A stretch of 64,000 nt of DNA from NCBI GenBank assembly GCA_051530055.1, contig CM121342.1, positions 5,145,489 to 5,209,488 of the forward strand, read 5' to 3'. A program made the position numbers and the translations under genes. Origin of the DNA: Neoechinorhynchus agilis. Lineage: Eukaryota; Animalia; Acanthocephala. A model generated the notes under the pieces. It saw only the letters and a program-made list of their open reading frames with translations. It searched no databases and was not told the origin of the DNA. Positions 12,533-23,127 of this stretch are shown here, piece by piece. Every line of letters begins with the position of its first letter. Position 1 is the stretch's first letter.

Positions 12533-13306
12533 ATGCAAACTCGTCTGGTGGCTCAAATGCGACGTCGAATAGCGCTGATACTGTCGGGATGCGGTGTATA
12601 CGATGGCACCGAACTGACCGAAGTGAGTGCCATGATGGTTCAATTGAGTCGTAGAAATGCACAATTCGCCATGTTCGCTCCAAACATCGACCAAGCTCAT
12701 GTCATAAATCATTTAAACGGAGAACCAATGCCGGAATCGAGAAATGTACTCGTGGAATCCGCACGAATCGCTCGTGGAAACATCAAACCGTTAAGCTATT
12801 GGATTTTGAAACCAATATCATTCTTTGTTTTCCTCTCAAAATCCAATGCATTAGTTGACCTTGAAGTGAGTGACTTCGATGGCCTTCTCGTTCCTGGAGG
12901 ATTTGGATGTGCAAAGAATCTGTCAAATTTTGCATTTGAAGGCGAAAACATGAGTGCCAACGAGGACGTTATTCGCATCTTAAACGAATTCAAGAAAGAA
13001 GGAAAACCAATCGGTCTTTGCTGCATTGCTCCAATTCTATCGGCTTATTGTTTCGATGGAGTCGAATTAACTCTTGGCAAGAAACAAGGAAAACAATGGC
13101 CACATGCATCAGCCATCGCTGCTGCGTCCTCCATGGGCGCTCGGTGCACTGAAAAGGACGTTGACGAGATGTGTGTTGATGCTGAAAATCGAATTTTCAC
13201 TACACCGGCCTATATGAAGGATGTTGACCAACCCCATTTAGTTTTCGACGGAGTCGTGAAATTAGTAGATCGAGTCGTCAATGAATGTGGAAACAAGAAT
13301 TTCTAG
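12533..13306 (+). CDS. GATD3: ES1/GATD3 (DJ-1/PfpI-like class I glutamine amidotransferase-like protein) with a 60-bp structured insertion
   Basis: IALILSGCGVYDGTE, NVLVESARIARG, PGGFGCAKNLS, KPIGLCCIAP, FTTPAYM. Confidence 0.93.
   Translation: MQTRLVAQMRRRIALILSGCGVYDGTELTEVSAMMVQLSRRNAQFAMFAPNIDQAHVINHLNGEPMPESRNVLVESARIARGNIKPLSYWILKPISFFVFLSKSNALVDLEVSDFDGLLVPGGFGCAKNLSNFAFEGENMSANEDVIRILNEFKKEGKPIGLCCIAPILSAYCFDGVELTLGKKQGKQWPHASAIAAASSMGARCTEKDVDEMCVDAENRIFTTPAYMKDVDQPHLVFDGVVKLVDRVVNECGNKNF
12794..12851 (+). other. TA-flanked, inverted-repeat-ended insertion in ES1
   Basis: Perfect 12-bp inverted repeat ATTGGATTTTGA (12798-12809) / TCAAAATCCAAT (12836-12847); TA at 12792-93 and 12852-53; pyrimidine-rich interior. 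Confidence 0.8.
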
Positions 13307-13590
13307 ACTGAATTCCCTTAAGCGATGCCAGTCTTAAAATAAAAAAGCTGTTTGCTATTATTCGAAAAAGCTGTTTTCTCTCTACGTGACCACATCCCGA
13401 AGAAACATTTTTCGTATTTTGAACAAGGTGAGCGAAAATACATTTTTTATGGAAACCATCGTGGTATCCCAAGTTTCCATGTCGCGCATGTTTTATCGCT
13501 CCATGTCTCAGTTTAAAAAATGGCACCAAATCAAACCAATCAATTACAGAAGCCGAAAAAGAAAAAACTTTATATACTCGTTTTATTTTG

Positions 13591-14660
13591 CAATTAAGGT
13601 TCTTTACGCTCCACTCGTGTTTGACAGCAAAAACCAGAACTGCAGTCCTTGACACCTGTAACGTTGTGCACCAATTCAAATGCAATAAAGACGGCTGTAA
13701 CGCGTCTTATGTTGGCAACACAACTTGCAAGTTCAGTGACAGAATCAAACAACAAAGCGAGCGCTATCAGGAAACACATGAATCGCACAACGGATCCTAC
13801 CCAACGCCATTTGAGAAATGTTTCAAGATCCTTGTCAAAGATAGGCACAGACTGAGAAGCGCCGAAGCATCAATCATTAAACACGACAAACCAATCTGTT
13901 TAATACTCTCAAACTCTACGATTAGTGTGATAATTGATTGCTTACGTCAGCGTTAGTTTAACGCTGGGTTCTACGTACGCGTTTGACAAATTGTGTGACT
14001 GTTAACGTTACCCTGAGAAGATGGAAAGAATAAATTTCCGAAACGTCGGCAATTGGGCAACTCTGGCTATTATAAAAATGCACTCACGTATTCAGCAAGT
14101 TGGATACAAACAGTAAATCAATTAAGGTTCTTTACGCTCCACTCGTGTTTGACAGCAAAAACCAGAACTGCAGTCCTTGACACCTGTAACGTTGTGCACC
14201 AATTCAAATGCAATAAAGACGGCTGTAACGCGTCTTATGTTGGCAACACAACTTGCAAGTTCAGTGACAGAATCAAACAACAAAGCGAGCGCTATCAGGA
14301 AACACATGAATCGCACAACGGATCCTACCCAACGCCATTTGAGAAATGTTTCAAGATCCTTGTCAAAGATAGGCACAGACTGAGAAGCGCCGAAGCATCA
14401 ATCATTAAACACGACAAACCAATCTGTTTAATACTCTCAAACTCTACGATTAGTGTGATAATTGATTGCTTACGTCAGCGTTAGTTTAACGCTGGGTTCT
14501 ACGTACGCGTTTGACAAATTGTGTGACTGTTAACGTTACCCTGAGAAGATGGAAAGAATAAATTTCCGAAACGTCGGCAATTGGGCAACTCTGGCTATTA
14601 TAAAAATGCACTCACGTATTCAGCAAGTTGGATACAAACAGTAAATCAATTAAGGTTCTT
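13591..14660 (+). mobile_element. Penelope-like element remnant: two tandem 528-bp units (GIY-YIG endonuclease fragment plus hammerhead-like motif)
   Basis: Units start at 13591 and 14119, with a 14-bp third start at 14647. They encode VVHQFKC..C.ASYVG.T...DRI...E, and a hammerhead-like motif follows the stop. Confidence 0.8.
14009..14052 (+). ncRNA. Minimal Penelope-type hammerhead-like motif (second copy at 14537-14580)
   Basis: TTACC-CTGAGAAGA-T-GGAAA..TTTCC-GAAA-CGTC-GGCAA. The core has a 2-nt insertion relative to CUGANGA. Confidence 0.5.
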
Positions 14661-14745
14661 ATAAAATGCCCACAGAGCGCCGCATGCGATTAAAGCGTTC
14701 CCATTGACCTACGTTTCAAACCTCGTTCAGTTCATCGTCAGTTTG

Positions 14746-15129
14746 TTAGTCATTAAAAGATGATCTTAAGCGGGGCTTTCCTCGCGTTGAAAAACGAAGA
14801 AACAGAGTGTTGCGCTCGTGTAAAAAGGCGAATGAAATGAAGTAAAATTTGTGGTGCGCTTGCAGTAAGACGCATTCGGGGAGAAAATCAAAGAAAAGTT
14901 TAAAGTGGGAGGTTTGAGGTAGTTTAGAAAAATCTTTGGTGAGGGATTGAATGATCGTCGAGCAGGTAGATCGGCAGTAGTTGGAGCAGGCTCGGAGAAG
15001 GAGTGAATGGTCCACGGATTCGAATGCTTTCGATAAATCCAATTGAATGAGACGGTTGTGCCTAGGAGCGCGTGTCATAAATGCAAAGGCATCGGTTGCA
15101 GAAAATTTGGACTGGAAGAGTGGAATCAT
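14746..15129 (-). mobile_element. Degenerate non-LTR reverse transcriptase fragment
   Basis: LIQLDLSKAFESVDHSLLL matches RT motif 3; no other intact RT motif nearby. Confidence 0.55.
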
Positions 15130-15315
15130 CTGATAGGTCCAATTAAATGTGGCTGTTTATTGAGAACGTAACCTGGGATTTTTTATGGATGGAAATACTT
15201 TTTCCCATTAAGCCAGATTAAAGTTCAGTGTACACCATATCTGCGGCTGCCACCCCCCCCCGTTAAAGATCGAATAAGGTGTTAATCGCCTCAACGCTAT
15301 CTATACAAGTTCGTT

Positions 15316-18300
15316 TCATTCAATGATACTCATTTGAAGGACTGAAACAACGCTGGTGTCCATGTCATCGGATGAATTACTCATTGATGAGTCGTCCGCA
15401 CCACATACGACTTCGGCCAGATCGACAAATTTGATCATTGAGGGTTTTTTCCCGATTCCGCCAGTCAGCGTGGGGGACACATTGGTTCCACTTAAGATTG
15501 TTTGTGCGAGCGTTGCTGTGCCGGAATCACTGAGATCAGGAGGTAAAGTTTCGATTCGTGGCGTTATAGTTGACTGTATCAGCGTTTGAATGGTTTGGTT
15601 CCTGAAGGTCTGCTGTCCATATTTGTACCCAACATTCCGTATGTCGTCAAACGAATTAAAATCAAGTGATCCAAATGGATCGATGGGCGGCCGTACATAG
15701 ACGCATCTGTTCAGGTTTTTGACGATTTCGAGATGGCGCTGACAGCTGACATAGGCTAGTCTGGATTGAATTTCAGCCATATTCGGGATCTTGACTGAAC
15801 TAGGTCTCCAAAACAGTAACCTCTGCCAAAGCATCCACCATCCAGACAAGCTTTCGCCATAGTTGGTAAACTCGGTTTCGTCTTGGGAGCCAACGTCGAC
15901 TGCGATTGTGAGATAAGCACCCATGTCTCTCATGACATCGGCTAAATTTATCAAAGGGTGTAAGGAGATCTAAAAAAGATGGCCCACTCTCGGTTCAGTT
16001 GGAGCGTTAGGAAGATAAAAGAGACGTGCACCATCCTCCGCCTCTCTTACCGGGAATGTTGTTAACGTAGCCACCGTCGACGATGAGATGACCGTCGATC
16101 GGGTCACAAAGCGGTGGAAAGTAGCCAGCGAGTGTCATCGAAGCACGAGTGTAGGCCCAAATGGGACCTAAACCAGCAGCACATTTAGATTTGTCGCTTA
16201 GTACTTACCCGGAACGTTGTTTACATAACATCCGTCCATCAGTAAGTGACCGTCAAATGGATCACAAAATGGAGGAAAAAGAGTTGCGTATGACATACTC
16301 GATCTTACAAATCGCCAAACTTCTCCTAACAGTGCATGGTTAGTTATTCTCGCAGACTCAGAGAAAAACTACAGGCACGAACCGCTCAAAATGATGAGCG
16401 CCTAGAGACCGTAGCTTAAAGGTTAATTCTTTTTTTTAATTTAGCTAAAAATTACCACGACAACGAGTGTATTATTATAAAATATGAAGTGGGACCGTTC
16501 TGGTGACAACACCTCCGACAGCTATCATTGAGGATTGTTCAAAAACTGTCGCCCCGCAAAAACGAGTGAACAATCGTTGCTTAGGTAACAAGTGTAAAAC
16601 ACGAAAAAGGAAGTTGACTTACCTGTTGTATGAGTTCTCATTTTCGAAAAAGAAAGATCTGTAGTTACACAGAAATAAGGAATCCACAAGTCTTCAATTT
16701 GACAATCCCCAAAGACCTCCTCGAGACACTGATTAAACTTTTTGCCGGTGAACATTGAAACCAGTGGATAGGTTAAATCGATCATTTTCATCCAATAACT
16801 AGCCATCTGCCTGCTCCAGGATTTGGCTCTTTGAGCACAGAGCTCGATATCCAAATCAGTTGCATAAAGCGCAGCGACGAAACTGCCAATACTGGTACCG
16901 CCGATCATATCTATAGGAATGTTGCTATCCAACATTGATTTTATGAGTCCTATATGAGCACAACCTTTAGCTCCGCCTCCTCCTAAAACTAAACCAACTG
17001 ATCGACCCGTCAAGAAGCGAGCCAACCGCTCAAGATCAACGTTTGGATTTGTTGACATCCTTGGTTCAATTTTAAGCGGAGTACCTGCAGCATCTTCGGT
17101 ATTTTGAGTCTTATATGCTTCCGTTTTTTCAAACATTGCTCGAGGACACCGAATGTGATGATGAGAACTACACCATTCCCGCTTGGACAACCAGTTGGCA
17201 GTGTATTTTGGAAGGCGTTTTTCCTCAAGAATGTGCAAAAGCACTAACCCCTTTTGAGCCATCACCGTGTACCGTTCCACTTGTTTCTCTAGCTCACTAA
17301 CGTCGCTAGGCATCCACGATAAAGCCACAGCGAGAATGCAATCGGCTTGACGAATGCAACGCATACCTCAGTGCTATTTGAATGACCATTGTAAAAATTC
17401 AGAAAAAATGGAAATTTTGCTCAAAATTGAAAAAAAACCCACTTATTCTCTAGGGATTGAGTACCCGTAATCTGATGGACGTTTATATAGGATACCGACA
17501 AAAAACCCAACCCAGTCCATTCCAAAAGCACATTCGTAGTCCATTTGTCAAATTTATCCGAGCATTGGTAAATGACGAGTCTATACATTTCCTCAAGTTG
17601 ACTAAGCCACGCTGACAGATTTTGTTCGTGAAATCCTCCAAAATCACCTTTTTTATTTTCGACTCCTACCATTTCGCCTGTTAAGCGAATGGCGCTCGTT
17701 CCACTTTCAGATACAATTTTAGCAAGAGCTGAAGTGAACTCATCGATTGGCACATTAGAAGAAACTGGAAAAACAGCAACAGTATGTAAGTTTCTCTTTG
17801 GTAGAAGAAAATGTGGGTCCTCATTTGACTCAATACAACACGCAGAGTTATAGCCAGTATAATATGGAGGCAAATAGTCCGGTCGAGGGCATAATACGTT
17901 TGTTATCCTCATAAAATGAGAGAAGTTGTTCGAGTATTGAAACTTAAAGTAGTTCAATAATGCGCACGGAATTTTGATCATCTCAGTGTCCCGGACAGCC
18001 ATTGCAGCTGCCTGCCGTCTTGATTGTGTAAATTGTTCAAGAAATCCAATCACTTCACCACGACCATGTTCCCCGATCATATGTCGATGGGATTTGGGAT
18101 TCGAAGGAGATGCTATCATTCTTACACGTCCATTCAGAATAATGTACACATTATCCGGACAACTAGAATCCTGACTGTAAGCCAACTTTTTAGCCCGAAT
18201 AAAAGCACAGTCAAGCGTAAAATCGATTGTACGTGCGAATTGTGACAACCGAGATATTTCCATCTGAGTGAGAGCCACTACTATATCAGGTTCCATTCGA

Positions 18301-20780
18301 ATCAAACGATTTATCTGCTTTTCGGTCAAGACACAAATCCGGCATTTCTCTTTAGCTTTCAATGTAAACATTACCGTTTCGCCAGTCAAAGGGCCAAGAA
18401 CGCCCAGAAGGGTATCAGCGGTTGCAATGAATATGGGCCTGCTCCGCTGGGGTTTATCTTTCGAAATACAACTAGCAATTATCGTACCTTCAAGGAGAAG
18501 GTAAACATAGGTTGCAGGATCTCCTTCACGACATAAAGTGCTGCCACGTGAGATTGAATGAACTATCATATTATCATCAAGGATAGTAGGATCCTTTATT
18601 TTCAACAGGCTAATTATTTTTTGCTTGGCATGGTCACTCTTCGCAGAGTCAGAAATGCCACCTTCGTCGCTGTCGTTTCCATCCTCACTTCCACCGCTAT
18701 CGAAGAGGAATCACGTTTCACCAAAGCAAACTAAACGCATTAGACGCTCAATAACCATTCCCTTGGCGAATGAGAGCTTTAATGATTTGAAAACCAAATT
18801 CGTTGTCCTTTTTTAGTTTGAATTTTTCGTCAGAATTACCGCTCTTGCTGATGATAATAATTGGGTTTTCACAGTGTCCCGATCTGGATTTATGTGAAAG
18901 CCGCTAGCTAATTTATGTCTTAGCCTTAGACACAAAACTGGTAAAATAGAAATTAATATTCAGAAAAAGATAAGCACGGATAAAAAATGATGGTATTGGA
19001 AAGTAGCCTTTCTACCAAAACAAGAATATCAGCGTGAATCCTGTTCAGGGATACTATTCGATTGATCGCTATTAATCCGTTCGGTCAGTTTAGTACTGGG
19101 TCGAGCGTTATTATTGAATCGGAATGAGGCATTTTCCTCGCGCAGGACTACTCGCTGTTCATTTGTAGATTGCATAAGTTCAATATTAAATCCGAAATAA
19201 TCGTGCATGGTCATAAACGTGATTCTTCGATAACGTAATAGAGCTAATTGACAGAATCTGGCTAGGTTACGATTTGATGATTTTAAAATTTCGCAAAATC
19301 CCGAATACGGAATAACTGAGACTGTGGCTGGTGAACCCGCCTTGCATGATATACCGCCGAATTTCGATCTTTTTCCCTAAATTGTTGAAAATGTTCAATA
19401 ATATTAAGAGTATTACAAACACATACCGCCAGATAATCAGCGATTGAAAGAACATTTAGGATACACTCGCCACGCGAAAATTGTTTTACTGATATTTTCA
19501 TTCGACCCTAAATACGAGAGCGTATGACTACTAAACCAATTTGCTATTCCCCAAGATCGTTAAATCAACGGAATCTTTTTCTATTTTTTGATTAAATTTT
19601 GCTGGATCTAGTTATAGAAAAAAAGTGGCATCGAAAGTGCGAGTAACACAGAAGAGGCAAAAAAGGATCCTTAACGATCTCGAGTTTGTTAAGCGAAAAT
19701 ACATTAAATTGGTTGTTTAGAGTACAAATGAAGCGATCATTGTGTGACTCACTGTGGGTCGGTCGCCTAACTCACCTCTACAACTCTCAGTTGCAAAATT
19801 CCACTTCGTACGACGTAAATATTCTCATCGTTAGTTGATGCTTTAAACAAATGGCTTCCATTTGGTACTTGGCGTGTATCGATGCACTCATTTAGTACTC
19901 GTTCAACTGACTTTCGGTCGAAGTTTGCGAATAACTTAACATTTTTCAGTACATACTGGACATCGGGACATAGAGAATCCGACCGCCTCGAAACGTTTTC
20001 TGTTCCCCTGGCAGTGTTGATACTACTGGTTTCGGAAGTGTCCGTTTCGTAGTTCAGCAGATATTGGGGAATAGTCTGTCGTAAATCGACAGATCGTGCT
20101 GTTTGCCGCGATTTTTGTTGTTTTAAATGTCGTCCACTTCCTCTTCTAGTAGCAGCATTCCGTTTATCGTCATTGCCCCCATCATCATCATCTTCTGCGG
20201 AGAAAACTCGTTTTAAATTGCTCACACATTTTTTACGACTAGAGTAAAGCTAACGAAAAAAAAGGTTTTAGTTATGGAAACGATGAAAACGCACCGATTG
20301 GAAGAACTTGTTCTTGTAATAGAGAACAGTGTTTCGTTTCTTCGACGAAGGAATACCTGCGGGGCGGACAATCAGGGCCTTCGTTGTATTGTCAACTTCG
20401 TCTACCGATGATTTCTTCATTGAAAAGTATCCAAGAAGTGAACGTCTTAGTTGATAATAGAAAAGCACAGTGAGTACGATGATGGATGAAACAACGATTA
20501 ATCGATCTTGGAGGCCAACTGTGGTGCTCCTAGACCTTCGTACGATTCGTGCAACGTTATCGATTAATAGAACGAGTTGATCAAAGTAATCGCTAATTTT
20601 CAAAAGGAACGCGGCTGCTTTGCCGTTCGAGGTAATAACGTCCTCGTCGTCCATCGTTGGAATATCCATCTTGAACAAGAATTTAGACAAGAAGAGTTCA
20701 TTCAGAGTAAAAGGATTTTTTCTCTCTAACTTCGTAAAAATTCGCTGGACGTTCATGGCGTCCGCTCGAGAGAGCGGCAT
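15316..20780 (-). CDS. PNPLA6: Neuropathy target esterase / swiss cheese (cNMP-binding domains plus patatin domain)
   Basis: N-terminal TM segment, cNMP-binding domains, [42 protein letters not shown] exon, ADVM..MGA, AIAVDVGS. Carries two non-GT-AG insertions and a duplicated exon. Confidence 0.95.
16051..16325 (-). other. Pair of 117-bp duplicated (probably mutually exclusive) NTE exons
   Basis: 16209-16325 encodes [39 protein letters not shown]; 16051-16167 encodes [39 protein letters not shown]. Both have TAG acceptors and GTAAG donors, phase 1-1. Confidence 0.9.
17366..17536 (-). other. TA-flanked, inverted-repeat-ended insertion in NTE (site 1)
   Basis: TA at 17364-65 and 17537-38; terminal 20-mers pair 14 of 20. 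Removing 173 bp gives [12 protein letters not shown]. Confidence 0.8.
18700..19051 (-). other. TA-flanked, inverted-repeat-ended insertion in NTE (site 2)
   Basis: TA at 18698-99 and 19052-53; AGGATTCACGCT pairs with the CGTGATTCCT segment, plus outer GAA/TTC. Removing 354 bp joins ...QSNS to SGGSED... in frame. Confidence 0.7.
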
Positions 20781-21088
20781 TTACGAAGATGGAGCAGACA
20801 AGTTGCAACTAAACACACGCACACACAAAGAAGGAATCTTAGTTACGATGTGAAAATAAAAACACGAATTTGTGGACGCTCTTTTCTCTCGCTTTATGAC
20901 TTACTAGAAAAGACAATGACGAGCGTGTCATCGCCGCTCAGAAAAACAAGAACGTATTGTCTTTTAAAACCTCATTCGGAATTTACTGTTCAACGTTTTA
21001 TGATGTGCTCTAGCATGCATAGTCCGGGATCGATTCCCCCCTTCGAAAAGAACAGTCTTTTGATAGAGCGCAACCCCAAAAGGGAAAA

Positions 21089-21170
21089 TGTGTGTTCGTG
21101 TGTGTGTTCGTGTGTGTGTTCGTGTGTGTGTTCGTGTGTGTGTGTTCGTGTGTGTGTTCGTGTGTGTGCG
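21089..21170 (+). repeat. (GTGTGTGTTC)n-like microsatellite
   Basis: Tandem TG-rich 10/12-mers, visible directly. Confidence 0.9.
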
Positions 21171-21175
21171 TGTCG

Positions 21176-22334
21176 TCAAATGATCCGGAAGACGAGACGT
21201 GCGCAAGTTGATTTTGGGTCCACGCTCGCAAAACTAATGATGAAATAAGTTCCTAGAATCGTGGGGGTTCGTTGTGGACGCGCGGTTACGAGGTTGTGTT
21301 CATTACTCTAGATGTCTACTGGTGGTGGTGCATCTACGACAGTAAAGACATCGGTGGAAGTACAGCGTAAACGGATACTTGATTTGACGTGCGATCTTTC
21401 TCAGATGCTCGACACGGGTCTTGACCGAGAGACACTTACGATATGCCTCCGGATTTTAGAATGTGGGGCGAATCCTCAGGCATTGGCGTCCGTTGTCCGA
21501 GAATTAAAACGGAGTGGACAAACATACAAGCGGAACATGCTATGAAGACTTACGTGCAATCGAGGAAATGATAATTGACAGAATTAGTGACCATAGTGAC
21601 CATGATAAAAAAGAATAATCTGATCGAAATATCCAATAATCATTAAATGCGTTGAACGCGAACGCGAACACACACGCGAATCGGCACAATACTGTAGAAA
21701 TCGACACAGAGAAAAAAGAAGGCTTAAGAGTTTCGTACCTGATGAAGCCATCGCCGTGGCGCTTCCAACAACGTAATTGAATCCATATTGGTATTTGATC
21801 ATCGCAACTCCGTTCACGATTGAAGTGATCACGAACAACATCATTGACGTCAATGCTAATGCCTGAACACCTTGCAACCATTTAGGAAGTGTCACGAGTA
21901 TCCTTCAACGACCACACACCCCTATTCTTGATTTTAAAAACAAAAAATTAGTATCCAGAAAGAAGAAACACATTTTCTCCCTTATATTTAGTCCGTCTCA
22001 CGCAGAAGACGAAATATCGGACCCCATTTTGTTAGCGCAAAAAACAAAGGGAAAACATTGTGCAGTATCGTGTGAGGGATAATCGCGATAGCCAAGCTCT
22101 ATATTGTACAGATTCCGATCCCCAATACCGATAACAACCACTCAGACTTCTCTGATATTCATCTGACCAATGACGATATTGTTCAAAACATATCGTCCAC
22201 AATCCGCCATGTTTCATGTTCTGTCTTGCGATTGGCCATGATTGTATCCAATAAGGAGACGCGATTCCAATCAGAAGTGGAATGAACGATGCCATCTCAA
22301 GGACGCAATACGCATAAAGTAGTTTTGGCTCCAT
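21176..22334 (-). CDS. PMP22/EMP/claudin-family protein, kune-kune-like (last exon 21176-21252 tentative)
   Basis: IASPYWIQSW, GLWTICF, C..W....Y..WL.P.WL..VQ extracellular loop, four TM segments, WSLWSL. One GT-AG intron, one non-canonical insertion, and a probable last intron at 21253-21553. Confidence 0.8.
21312..21545 (+). CDS. MZT1: Mitotic spindle organizing protein 1 (MOZART1)
   Basis: DLSQMLDTGLDRETLTICLRILECGANPQALASVVRELKR; single exon. Confidence 0.93.
   Translation: MSTGGGASTTVKTSVEVQRKRILDLTCDLSQMLDTGLDRETLTICLRILECGANPQALASVVRELKRSGQTYKRNML
21892..22088 (-). other. Inverted-repeat-ended insertion in the claudin-like gene
   Basis: TCGCGATTATCCCTCACACGA pairs with TCGTTGAAGGATACTCGTGA; flanks are TA (22089-90) and CA (21890-91). 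Removing 199 bp gives AWLLPKWLQ. Confidence 0.72.
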
Positions 22335-22559
22335 CGAATTTTTTCCCAATGAAATACGTCTCCTTTTTTTCGGAATTTTAAAAGCAACACGGAAGAACAC
22401 AGAAACCAATGACGTCATCATGAATGGCCACAAACACTAATGAATGTGCATAACACGGATTAGAGGACTGGACGCGCATTGCGTCCTTTTTGCTCCCTCT
22501 TATCCGGAAGAATCTAACACAAAAATCCTAGATTTTTTGACGGACTTGTTCCAAGAACG

Positions 22560-22991
22560 ATGGTTAGTCATTTGAGAGACATTGAGGCCACATCGAAGGA
22601 GACGAACAAGGTAGCTGAAGCATTCGTGAATCGGTTCTACCGTTCAATGGATACGAATCGTCATAAGGTTCACATGCTGTATATGCCAAATGCAGTTGTT
22701 GTTTGGAATGGAAACCGGATCGAGGGACTGGACACCTTGTCATCCTTCTTTACAGATACGATTCCTTCGAGCAATTTCACTATTGATTCATATGACGCAG
22801 TCGGGATAAAGCTCGCGGATCCTTTGATTGCAGAAAAGACCGGAACGAGGATGGAGAGCATATCGATTTGTGTTGCCGGTATTGTTAAGTTCAAATCTAA
22901 TCCTGGACGGACGTTTCATGACACATTCTTAATCGGCGTGGACGACTTTAATTGGAAGATTGAATCTGAAGCGTTTAGATTCAGTGATTGA
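22560..22991 (+). CDS. NXT1: NTF2-related export protein
   Basis: AEAFVNRFYRSMD..RHKVHMLY, WNGN, FHDTFLI, WKIESEAFRF; single exon. Confidence 0.9.
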   Translation: MVSHLRDIEATSKETNKVAEAFVNRFYRSMDTNRHKVHMLYMPNAVVVWNGNRIEGLDTLSSFFTDTIPSSNFTIDSYDAVGIKLADPLIAEKTGTRMESISICVAGIVKFKSNPGRTFHDTFLIGVDDFNWKIESEAFRFSD

Positions 22992-23127
22992 TCGAATGCG
23001 TGCGTCGTGATCATTTTCAATACGCGTCTCTCTCTCGCCGATTTGTTCATTAGAAGAAGCCAAAAAGTTTTATTCGATCTGAAATAGATTTTTTTACAAA
23101 TACAAGGTAATCTCCATCGTCCACTGA

